Shown piece by piece: positions 1 to 11,000 of a stretch of 17,198 nt of DNA. The stretch is from Utricularia gibba (lineage: Eukaryota > Plantae > Magnoliophyta). The position numbers were made by a program, and so were the translations under genes. The notes beneath the pieces were generated by a model that worked only from the letters and a program-made list of their open reading frames with translations, made no database searches and had not been told where the DNA came from. Each line of letters starts with the position of its first letter. Position 1 is the first letter of the stretch. Location: positions 1 through 17,198 of the forward strand of contig NEEC01000457.1 in assembly GCA_002189035.1 (NCBI GenBank), written 5' to 3'.

Positions 1-1242
1 TGATGCATTTATTAACGTTGGGTTTTAATAGGCTGCCTACATGGTTTCTCAAGGAAAAGCTTGTCGTTTTGGGCGGGTGATGTCGTTTGAACTTCGTTCT
101 GACCTAGGTTCGGTCTGACTCCTTTGCCACATCGGGTCCTACTCGACGAAAATCGTGATGCAGTTATTGAAGTTAGGATATCATGAGCACCCAAAATGGT
201 TTTCTCAACCGCATGCTTTATATTTGATAAGGCGCTCTAGTGGGGCACGGTATCGGGCAAAGGTCGAGTCGGGCTCGGTCCCATAGTCATTTGTAGCTCC
301 GCAAAAAAGTGATGCATTTATTAACGTTGGGTTTTAATGGGCTGCCTACATGGTTTCTCAAGGAAAAGCTTGTCGTTTTTGGCGGGTGATGTCGTTGGGA
401 ACTTCGTTCAGACCAAGGTTCGGTCTGACTCCTTTGCCACATCGGTCCTACTCGACGAAAATCGTGATGCATTTATTGAAGTTAGGATGTCATGAGCACC
501 CAAAATGGTTTTCTCAACCGCATGCTTTATATTTGATAAGGCACTCTCGTGGGGGGCAACGGTATCGAGCAGGAGGTCGAGTCGAGCTCGGCCCATAGTC
601 ATTTGTAGCTCGGCAAAAAACTTGATGCATTTATTAACGTTGGTTTTAATAGGCCGCCTCAATGGTTTCTCAAGGAAAAGCTTGTCGTTTTTGGGCGGGT
701 GATGTCGTTGTGAACTTCGTTCTGACCCAAGGTTCGGTCTGACTCCTTTGCCACATCGGGTCCTACTCGGTGAAAATCGTGATGCAGTTATTGAAGTTAG
801 GATATCATGAGCACCCAAAATGGTTTTTTCAACCGCATGCTTTATATTTGATAAGGCGCTCTCGTGGGGCAACGGTATCGAGCAGGAGGTCGAGTCGAGG
901 TCGGCCATAGTCATTTGTAGCTCGGCAAAAAAATTTGATGCATTTATTAACGTTGGCTTTAATAGGCTGCCTACATGTTTCTCAAGGAAAAGCTTGTCGT
1001 TTTTGGGCGGGTGATGTCGTTGGGAACTTCGTTCTGACCAAGGTTCGTCTGACTCCTTTGCCACATCGGGTCCTACTCGACGAAAATCGTGATGCAGTTA
1101 TTGAAGTTAGGATTCATGAGCACCCAAAATGGTTTTCTCAACCGCATGCTTTATATTTGATAAGGCTCTCGTGGGCAACGGTATCGAGCAGGAGGTCGAG
1201 TCGAGCTCGGGCCCATAGTCATTTGTAGCTCGGCAAAAAACT

Positions 1243-2484
1243 TGATGCATTTATTAACGTTGGTTTTAATAGGCTGCCTCAATGGTTTTCTCAAGGAAAA
1301 GCTTGTCGTTTTTGGGCGGTGATGTCGTTGTGAACTTCGTTCGGACCCAAGGTTCGTCTGACCCTTTGCCACATCGGGTCCTACTCGACGAAAATCGTGA
1401 TGCAGTTATTGAAGTTAGGATTCATGAGCACCCAAAATGGTTTTCTCAACGCATGCTTTATATTTGATAAGGCACTCTCGTGGGGCAACGGTATCGAGCA
1501 GGAGGTCGAGTCGAGCTCGGGCCCATAGTCATTTGTAGCTCGGCAAAAAACTTGATGCATTTATTAACGTTGGTTTTAATAGGCTGCCTAATGGTTTTCT
1601 CAAGGAAAAGCTTGTCGTTTTTGGGCGGTGATGTCGTTGTGAACTTCGTTCTGACCAAGGTTCGTCTGACTCCTTTGCCACATCGGGTCCTACTCGACGA
1701 AAATCGTGATGCAGTTATTGAAGTTAGGATTCATGAGCACCCAAAATGGTTTTCTCAACCGCATGCTTTATATTTGATAAGGCACTCTCGTGGGGCAACG
1801 GTATCGAGCAGGAGGTCGAGTCGAGCTCGGCCCATAGTCATTTGTAGCTCGGCAAAAAACTTGATGCATTTATTAACGTTGGTTTTAATAGGCTGCCTCA
1901 ATGGTTTTCTCAAGGAAAAGCTTGTCGTTTTTGGCGGTGATGTCGTTGTGAACTTCGTTCGGACCCAAGGTTCGTCTGACTCCTTTGCCACATCGGGTCC
2001 TACTCGACGAAAATCGTGATGCAGTTATTGAAGTTAGGATTCATGAGCACCCAAAATGGTTTTCTCAACCGCATGCTTTATATTTGATAAGGCGCTCTCG
2101 TGGGGCAACGGTATCGAGCAGGAGGTCGAGTCGAGCTCGGGCCCATAGTCATTTGTAGCTCGGCAAAAAACTTGATGCATTTATTAACGTTGGTTTTAAT
2201 AGGCCGCCTCAATGGTTTTTCAAGGAAAAGCTTGTCGTTTTTGGGCGGTGATGTCGTTGTGAACTTCGTTCTGACCCAAGGTTCGTCTGACTCCTTTGCC
2301 ACATCGGGTCCTACTCGACGAAAATCGTGATGCAGTTATTGAAGTTAGGATATCATGAGCACCCAAAATGGTTTTCTCAACCGCATGCTTTATATTTGAT
2401 AAGGCACTCTCGTGGGGCAACGGTATCGAGCAGGAGGTCGAGTCGAGCTCGGGCCCATAGTCATTTGTAGCTCGGCAAAAAAAT
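1243..2484 (+). repeat. Homogeneous run of type-A monomers (M5-M8)
   Basis: All four copies show A-type markers (TGGGCGGTG or TTGGCGGTG, GTTGTGAA, GGTTCGTCTGAC, CACATCGGG, GATAAGGC, GAGCAGGAGG, GAGCTC). They differ mainly by single-base indels. Confidence 0.85.
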
Positions 2485-5400
2485 TGATGCATTTATTAAC
2501 GTTGGTTTTAATAGGCTGCCTACATGGTTTCTCAAGGAAAAGCTTGTCGTTTTTGGGCGGTGATGTCGTTGTGAACTTCGTTCTGACCCAAGGTTCGGTC
2601 TGACTCCTTTGCCACATCGGTCCTACTCGACGAAAATCGTGATGCAGTTATTGAAGTTAGGATTCATGAGCACCCAAAATGGTTTTCTCAACGCATGCTT
2701 TATATTTGAGGAGGCGCTCTAGTGGGGCAACGGTATCGGCAAAAGGTCGAGTCGAGCTCGGTCCCATAGTCATTTGTAGCTCGCAAAAAACTTGATGCAT
2801 TTATTAACGTTGGGTTTTAATAGGCTGCCTACATGGTTTCTCAAGGAAAAGCTTGTCGTTTTTGGCGGGTGATGTCGTTGGGAACTTCGTTCAACCCAAG
2901 GTTCGGTCTGACTCCTTTGCCACATCGGTCCTACTCGACGAAAATCGTGATGCAGTTATTGAAGTTAGGATGTCATGAGCACCCAAAATGGTTTTCAAGC
3001 ATGCTTTATATTTGAAGGCGCTCTCGTGGGGCAACGGTATCGAGCAGGAGGTCGAGTCGAGCTCGGGCCCATAGTCATTTGTAGCTCGGCAAAAAAATTG
3101 ATGCATTTATTAACGGTTGGTTTTAATAGGCCGCTCAATGGTTTCTCAAGGAAAAGCTTGTCGTTTTTGGGCGGTGATGTCGTTGTGAACTTCGTTCTGA
3201 CCCAAGGTTCGGTCTGTCTCCTTTGCCAAATCGGTCCTACTCGACGAAAATCGTGATGCAGTTATTGAAGTTAGGATTTCATGAGCACCCAAAATGGTTT
3301 TCTCAATCGCATGCTTTATATTTGAGGAGGCGCTCTAGTGGGGCACCGGGAGGTCGAGTCGGGCTCGGTCCCATAGTCATTTGTAGCTCCGCAAAAATGA
3401 TGCATTTATTAACGTTGGGTTTTAATAGGCTGCCTACATGGTTTTCTCAAGGAAAAGCTTGTCGTTTTTGGCGGGTGATGTCGTTGGGAACTTCGTTCAG
3501 ACCCAAGGTTCGGTCTGACTCCTTTGCCACATCGGTCCTACTCGACGAAATCGTGATGCAGTTATTGAAGTTAGGATTCATGAGCACCCAAAATGGTTTT
3601 CTCAACGCATGCTTTATATTTGATAAGGCACTCTCGTGGGGCAACGGTATCGAGCAGGAGGTCGAGTCGAGCTCGGGCCCATAGTCATTTGTAGCTCGGC
3701 AAAAAAATTGATGCATTTATTAACGTTGGTTTATTAGGACATGTTTCTCAAGGAAAAGCTGTCGTTTTTGGGCGGGTGATGTCGTTGGGAACTTCGTTCT
3801 GACCCAAGGTTCGTCTGACTCCTTTGCCACATCGGGTCCTACTCGACGAAAATCGTGATGCAGTTATTGAAGTTAGGATTCATGAGCACCCAAAATGGTT
3901 TTCTCAACCGCATGCTTTATATTTGATAAGGCGCTCTCGTGGGGCAACGGTATCGAGCAGGAGGTCGAGTCGAGCTCGGCCCATAGTCATTTGTAGCTCG
4001 GCAAAAAAACTTGATGCATTTATTAACGTTGGTTTTAATAGGCTGCCTCAATGGTTTTCTCAAGGAAAAGCTTGTCGTTTTTGGGCGGTGATGTCGTTGT
4101 GAACTTCGTTCGGACCCAAGGTTCGTCTGACTCCTTTGCCACATCGGGTCCTACTCGACGAAAATCGTGATGCAGTTATTGAAGTTAGGATTCATGAGCA
4201 CCCAAAATGGTTTTCTCAACCGCATGCTTTATATTTGATAAGGCACTCTCGTGGGGCAACGGTATCGAGCAGGAGGTCGAGTCGAGCTCGGGCCCATAGT
4301 CATTTGTAGCTCGGCAAAAAACTTGATGCATTTATTAACGGTTGGTTTTAATAGGCTGCCTCAATGGTTTTCTCAAGGAAAAGCTTGTCGTTTTTGGGCG
4401 GTGATGTCGTTGTGAACTTCGTTCTGACCCAAGGTTCGTCTGTCTCCTTTGCCAAATCGGTCCTACTCGACGAAAATCGTGATGCAGTTATTGAAGTTAG
4501 GATTTCATGAGCACCCAAAATGGTTTTCTCAACGCATGCTTTATATTTGAGGAGGCGCTCTCGTGGGGCACGGTATCGGCAAAAGGTCGAGTCGGGCTCG
4601 GCCATAGTCATTTGTAGCTCGCAAAAAACTGATGCATTTATTAACGTTGGGTTTTAATAGGCTGCCTACATGGTTTTCTCAAGGAAAAGCTTGTCGTTTT
4701 TGGCGGGTGATGTCGTTGGGAACTTCGTTCGACCCAAGGTTCGGTCTGACTCCTTTGCCACATCGGTCCTACTCGACGAAATGTATGCAGTTATTGAAGT
4801 TAGGATTCATGAGCACCCAAAATGGTTTTTTCAACCGCATGCTTTATATTTGAGGAGGCGCTCTCGTGGGGCAACGGTATCGAGCAGGAGGTCGAGTCGA
4901 GCTCGGGCCCATAGTCATTTGTAGCTCGGCAAAAAACTTGATGCATTTATTAACGGTTGGTTTTAATAGGCCGCCTCAATGGTTTCTCAAGGAAAAGCTT
5001 GTCGTTTTTGGGCGGTGATGTCGTTGTGAACTTCGTTCTGACCCAAGGTTCGGTCTGTCTCCTTTGCCAAATCGGTCCTACTCGACGAAAATCGTGATGC
5101 AGTTATTGAAGTTAGGATTTCATGAGCACCCAAAATGGTTTTCTCAATCGCATGCTTTTTATTTGAGGAGGCGCTCTAGTGGGCACGGTATCGGGCAAAG
5201 GTCGAGTCGGGCTCGGCCCATAGTCATTTGTAGCTCAAAAAACTGATGCATTTATTAACGTTGGGTTTTAATAGGCTGCCTACATGGTTTCTCAAGGAAA
5301 AGCTTGTCGTTTTGGCGGGTGATGTCGTTGGAACTTCGTTCGACCCAAGGTTCGGTCTGACTCCTTTGCCAATCGGTCCTACTCGACGAAATCGTGATGC

Positions 5401-8022
5401 AGAAGTTAGAATTTCATGAGCACCCAAAATGGTTTTCTCAACGCATGCTTTATATTTGATAAGGCACTCTCGTGGGGCAACGGTATCGAGCAGGAGGTCG
5501 AGTCGAGCTCGGGCCCATAGTCATTTGTAGCTCGGCAAAAAAATTGATGCATTTATTAACGTTGGTTTATTAGGCTGCCTACATGTTTTCTCAAGGAAAA
5601 GCTTGTCGTTTTTGGGCGGGTGATGTCGTTGGGAACTTCGTTCGGACCCAAGGTTCGTCTGACTCCTTTGCCACATCGGGTCCTACTCGACGAAAATCGT
5701 GATGCAGTTATTGAAGTTAGGATTCATGAGCACCCAAAATGGTTTTCTCAACCGCATGCTTTATATTTGATAAGGCACTCTCGTGGGGCAACGGTATCGA
5801 GCAGGAGGTCGAGTCGAGCTCGGGCCCATAGTCATTTGTAGCTCGGCAAAAAATTGATGCATTTATTAACGTTGGTTTTAATAGGCTGCCTCAATGGTTT
5901 TCTCAAGGAAAAGCTTGTCGTTTTTGGGCGGTGATGTCGTTGTGAACTTCGTTCGAGGTTCGTCTGACTCCTTTGCCACATCGGGTCCTACTCGACGAAA
6001 ATCGTGATGCAGTTATTGAAGTTAGGATATCATGAGCACCCAAAATGGTTTTCTCAACCGCATGCTTTATATTTGATAAGGCACTCTCGTGGGGCAACGG
6101 TATCGAGCAGGAGGTCGAGTCGAGCTCGGGCCCATAGTCATTTGTAGCTCGGCAAAAAACTTGATGCATTTATTAACGGTTGGTTTTAATAGGCGCCTCA
6201 ATGGTTTTCTCAAGGAAAAGCTTGTCGTTTTTGGGCGGTGATGTCGTTGTGAACTTCGTTCTGACCCAAGGTTCGGTCTGTCTCCTTTGCCAATCTGGTC
6301 CTACTCGACGAAAATCGTGATGCAGTTATTGAAGTTAGGATTTCATGAGCACCCAAAATGGTTTTCTCAATCGCATGCTTTGTATTTGAGGAGGCGCTCT
6401 AGTGGGCACGGTATCGGGCAAAAGGTCGAGTCGAGCTCGGCCCATAGTCATTTGTAGCTCGGCAAAAAACTGATGCATTTATTAACGTTGGGTTTTAATA
6501 GGCTGCCTCAATGGTTTCTCAAGGAAAAGCTTGTCGTTTTTGGGCGGTGATGTCGTTGTGAACTTCGTTCTGACCCAAGGTTCGGTCTGACTCCTTTGCC
6601 ACATCGGTCCTACTCGACGAAAATCGTGATGCAGTTATTGAAGTTAGGATTTCATGAGCACCCAAAATGGTTTTCTCAACGCATGCTTTATATTTGATAG
6701 GCGCTCTCGTGGGGCAACGGTATCGAGCAGGAGGTCGAGTCGAGCTCGGTCCCATAGTCATTTGTAGCTCGCAAAAAACTTGATGCATTTATTAACGTTG
6801 GGTTTTAATAGGCTGCCTACATGGTTTCTCAAGGAAAAGCTTGTCGTTTTTCGGCGGGTGATGTCGTTGGAACTTCGTTCTGACCCAAGGTTCGGTCTGA
6901 CTCCTTTGCCACATCGGTCCTACTCGACGAAATCGTGATGCATTTATTGAAGTTAGGATGTCATGAGCACCCAAAATGGTTTTCTCAACGCATGCTTTAT
7001 ATTTGATAAGGCACTCTCGTGGGCAACGGTATCGAGCAGAGGTCGAGTCGAGCTCGGCCCATAGTCATTTGTAGCTCGGCAAAAAACTTGATGCATTTAT
7101 TAACGTTGGTTTTAATAGGCTGCCTCAATGGTTTTCTCAAGGAAAAGCTTGTCGTTTTTGGGGGTGATGTCGTTGTGAACTTCGTTCTGACCCAAGGTTC
7201 GTCTGACTCCTTTGCCACATCGGGTCCTACTCGACGAAAATCGTGATGCAGTTATTGAAGTTAGGATTCATGAGCACCCAAAATGGTTTTCTCAACCGCA
7301 TGCTTTATATTTGATAAGGCACTCTCGTGGGGCAACGGTATCGAGCAGGAGGTCGAGTCGAGCTCGGGCCCATAGTCATTTGTAGCTCGGCAAAAAACTT
7401 GATGCATTTATTAACGGTTGGTTTTAATAGGCTGCCTCAATGGTTTTCTCAAGGAAAAGCTTGTCGTTTTTGGGCGGTGATGTCGTTGTGAACTTCGTTC
7501 GGACCCAAGGTTCGTCTGACTCCTTTGCCACATCGGGTCCTACTCGACGAAAATCGTGATGCAGTTATTGAAGTTAGGATATCATGAGCACCCAAAATGG
7601 TTTTCTCAACCGCATGCTTTATATTTGATAAGGCACTCTCGTGGGGCAACGGTATCGAGCAGGAGGTCGAGTCGAGCTCGGGCCCATAGTCATTTGTAGC
7701 TCGGCAAAAAACTTGATGCATTTTTAACGTTGGTTTTAATAGGCCGCCTCATGGTTTTCTCAAGGAAAAGCTTGTCGTTTTTGGGCGGTGATGTCGTTGT
7801 GAACTTCGTTCGGACCCAAGGTTCGTCTGACTCCTTTGCCACATCGGGTCCTACTCGACGAAAATCGTGATGCAGTTATTGAAGTTAGGATTCATGAGCA
7901 CCCAAAATGGTTTTCTCAACCGCATGCTTTATATTTGATAAGGCACTCTCGTGGGGCAACGGTATCGAGCAGGAGGTCGAGTCGAGCTCGGGCCATAGTC
8001 ATTTGTAGCTCGGCAAAAAACT
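2485..8022 (+). repeat. HOR-like domain 1, ~6-monomer period (~1.84-1.86 kb)
   Basis: The variant order B1-B2-B1-B2-C-A occurs in M9-M14 and again in M15-M20, with start offsets of 1836-1846 bp. B1-type monomers recur at M9, M15, M21 and M27 (2485, 4324, 6162, 8023). The third unit (M21-M26) is more diverged. Confidence 0.7.
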
Positions 8023-11000
8023 TGATGCATTTATTAACGGTTGGTTTTAATAGGCCGCTCAATGGTTTTCTCAAGGAAAAGCTTGTCGTTTTTGGGCGGT
8101 GATGTCGTTGTGAACTTCGTTCTGACCCATGGTTCGGTCTGTCTCCTTTGCCAAATCTGGTCCTACTCGACGAAAATCGTGATGCAGTTATTGAAGTTAG
8201 GATTTCATGAGCACCCAAAATGGTTTTCTCAATCGCATGCTTTGTATTTGAGGAGGCGCTCTAGTGGGGCACGGTATCGGGCAAAAGGTCGAGTCGGCTC
8301 GGTCCCATAGTCATTTGTAGCTCGCAAAAAACGTGATGCATTTATAACGTTGGGTTTTAATAGGCTGCCTACATGGTTTCTCAAGGAAAAGCTTGTCGTT
8401 TTTGGCGGTGATGTCGTTGGGAACTTCGTTCAGACCAAGGTTCGGTCTGACTCCTTTGCCACATCGGGTCCTACTCGACGAAATCGTGATGCATTTATTG
8501 AAGTTAGGATGTCATGAGCACCCAAAATGGTTTTCTCAACCGCATGCTTTATATTTGATAAGGCACTCTCGTGGGGCAACGGTATCGAGCAGGAGGTCGA
8601 GTCGAGCTCGGGCCCATAGTCATTTGTAGCTCGGCAAAAAACTTGATGCATTTATTAACGGTTGGTTTTAATAGGCCGCCTCAATGGTTTTCTCAAGGAA
8701 AAGCTTGTCGTTTTTGGGCGGTGATGTCGTTGTGAACTTCGTTCGACCCAAGGTTCGTCTGACTCCTTTGCCACATCGGGTCCTACTCGACGAAAATCGT
8801 GATGCAGTTATTGAAGTTAGGATTCATGAGCACCCAAAATGGTTTTCTCAACCGCATGCTTTATATTTGATAAGGCTCTCGTGGGGCAACGGTATCGAGC
8901 AGGAGGTCGAGTCGAGCTCGGGCCCATAGTCATTTGTAGCTCGGCAAAAAACTTGATGCATTTATTAACGGTTGGTTTTAATAGGCGCCTCAATGGTTTT
9001 CTCAAGGAAAAGCTTGTCGTTTTTGGGCGGTGATGTCGTTGTGAACTTCGTTCGGACCCAAGGTTCGTCTGACTCCTTTGCCACATCGGGTCCTACTCGA
9101 CGAAAATCGTGATGCAGTTATTGAAGTTAGGATATCATGAGCACCCAAAATGGTTTTCTCAACCGCATGCTTTATATTTGATAAGCTCTCGTGGGGCAAC
9201 GGTATCGAGCAGGAGGTCGAGTCGAGCTCGGGCCCATAGTCATTTGTAGCTCGGCAAAAAACTTGATGCATTTATTAACGTTGGTTTTAATAGGCTGCCT
9301 CAATGGTTTTCTCAAGGAAAAGCTTGTCGTTTTTGGGCGGTGATGTCGTTGTGAACTTCGTTCGGACCCAAGGTTCGTCTGACTCCTTTGCCACATCGGG
9401 TCCTACTCGACGAAAATCGTGATGCAGTTATTGAAGTTAGGATATCATGAGCACCCAAAATGGTTTTCTCAACCGCATGCTTTATATTTGATAAGGCACT
9501 CTCGTGGGGCAACGGTATCGAGCAGGAGGTCGAGTCGAGCTCGGGCCCATAGTCATTTGTAGCTCGGCAAAAAACTTGATGCATTTATTAACGTTGGTTT
9601 TAATAGGCCGCCTCAATGGTTTTCTCAAGGAAAAGCTTGTCGTTTTTGGGCGGTGATGTCGTTGTGAACTTCGTTCTGACCCAAGGTTCGGTCTGTCTCC
9701 TTTGCCAAATCGGTCCTACTCGACGAAAATCGTGATGCAGTTATTGAAGTTAGGATTTCATGAGCACCCAAAATGGTTTTCTCAATCGCATGCTTTGTAT
9801 TTGAGGAGGCGCTCTAGTGGGGCACGGTATCGGGCAAAAGGTCGAGTCGGGCTCGGTCCCATAGTCATTTGTAGCTCGGCAAAAAACGTGATGCATTTAT
9901 TAACGTTGGGTTTTAATAGGCTGCCTACATGGTTTCTCAAGGAAAAGCTTGTCGTTTTTGGCGGGTGATGTCGTTGGGAACTTCGTTCGACCCAAGGTTC
10001 GGTCAGACTCTTTGCCACATCGGTCCTACTCGACGAAATCGTGATGCATTTATTGAAGTTAGGATGTCATGAGCACCCAAAATGGTTTTCTCAACGCATG
10101 CTTTATATTTGATAAGGCTCTCGTGGGGCAACGGTATCGAGCAGGAGGTCGAGTCGAGCTCGGGCCATAGTCATTTGTAGCTCGGCAAAAAACTTGATGC
10201 ATTTATTAACGGTTGGTTTTAATAGGCCGCCTCAATGGTTTTCTCAAGGAAAAGCTTGTCGTTTTTGGGCGGTGATGTCGTTGTGAACTTCGTTCTGACC
10301 CAAGGTTCGTCTGACTCCTTTGCCACATCGGGTCCTACTCGACGAAAATCGTGATGCAGTTATTGAAGTTAGGATTCATGAGCACCAAAATGGTTTTCTC
10401 AACGCATGCTTTATATTTGATAAGGCACTCTCGTGGGGCAACGGTATCGAGCAGGAGGTCGAGTCGAGCTCGGGCCCATAGTCATTTGTAGCTCGGCAAA
10501 AAACTTGATGCATTTATTAACGTTGGTTTTAATAGGCTGCCTCAATGGTTTCTCAAGGAAAAGCTTGTCGTTTTTGGCGGTGATGTCGTTGTGAACTTCG
10601 TTCGGACCCAAGGTTCTGTCTGACTCCTTTGCCACATCGGGTCCTACTCGACGAAAATCGTGATGCAGTTATTGAAGTTAGGATATCATGAGCACCCAAA
10701 ATGGTTTTCTCAACCGCATGCTTTATATTTGATAAGGCACTCTCGTGGGGCAACGGTATCGAGCAGGAGGTCGAGTCGAGCTCGGGCCATAGTCATTTGT
10801 AGCTCGGCAAAAAACTTGATGCATTTATTAACGGTTGGTTTTAATAGGCGCCTCAATGGTTTTCTCAAGGAAAAGCTTGTCGTTTTTGGGCGGTGATGTC
10901 GTTGTGAACTTCGTTCGGACCCAAGGTTCGTCTGACTCTTTGCCACATCGGGTCCTACTCGACGAAAATCGTGATGCAGTTATTGAAGTTAGGATATCAT

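Noticed and set aside
108-123. GGTTCGGTCTGACTCC as a Pol III B-box, tRNA or SINE remnant
   Set aside because: It does not fit GGTTCGANTCC spacing. No A-box, cloverleaf or target-site duplication is present.
171-178. GTTAGGA and TTATTAGG as telomere-like motifs, plus the G+T-rich plus strand (56%)
   Set aside because: These are single degenerate matches with two or more mismatches to TTTAGGG and are expected by chance. There is no tandem telomeric tract in the window.
408-1064. Longest ORF (218 aa, minus strand) and all other listed ORFs, e.g. 1480-2019 (+)
   Set aside because: They are translations of the repeat. The same peptide blocks (KNDKLFLEK, FFAELQMTM, HAVEKTILGAH) recur, and frames switch between copies at random indels. 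No frame is conserved even though 312 is divisible by 3, and I recognise no protein domain.
9307-9420. Small hairpins (TTTTC-TCAAG-GAAAA; ACGA-AAA-TCGT) as terminators or structured RNA
   Set aside because: The stems are only 4-5 bp, there is no transcription unit, and no compensatory changes are seen among copies.
9264-9576. Apparent excess of 6-bp palindromes (NsiI, AclI, HindIII, BspHI, SphI, SacI, ApaI, EcoRV), suggesting a synthetic polylinker
   Set aside because: About 5 are expected by chance per 312 bp and 7-8 are seen. They are dispersed and polymorphic between copies, with no vector sequence.
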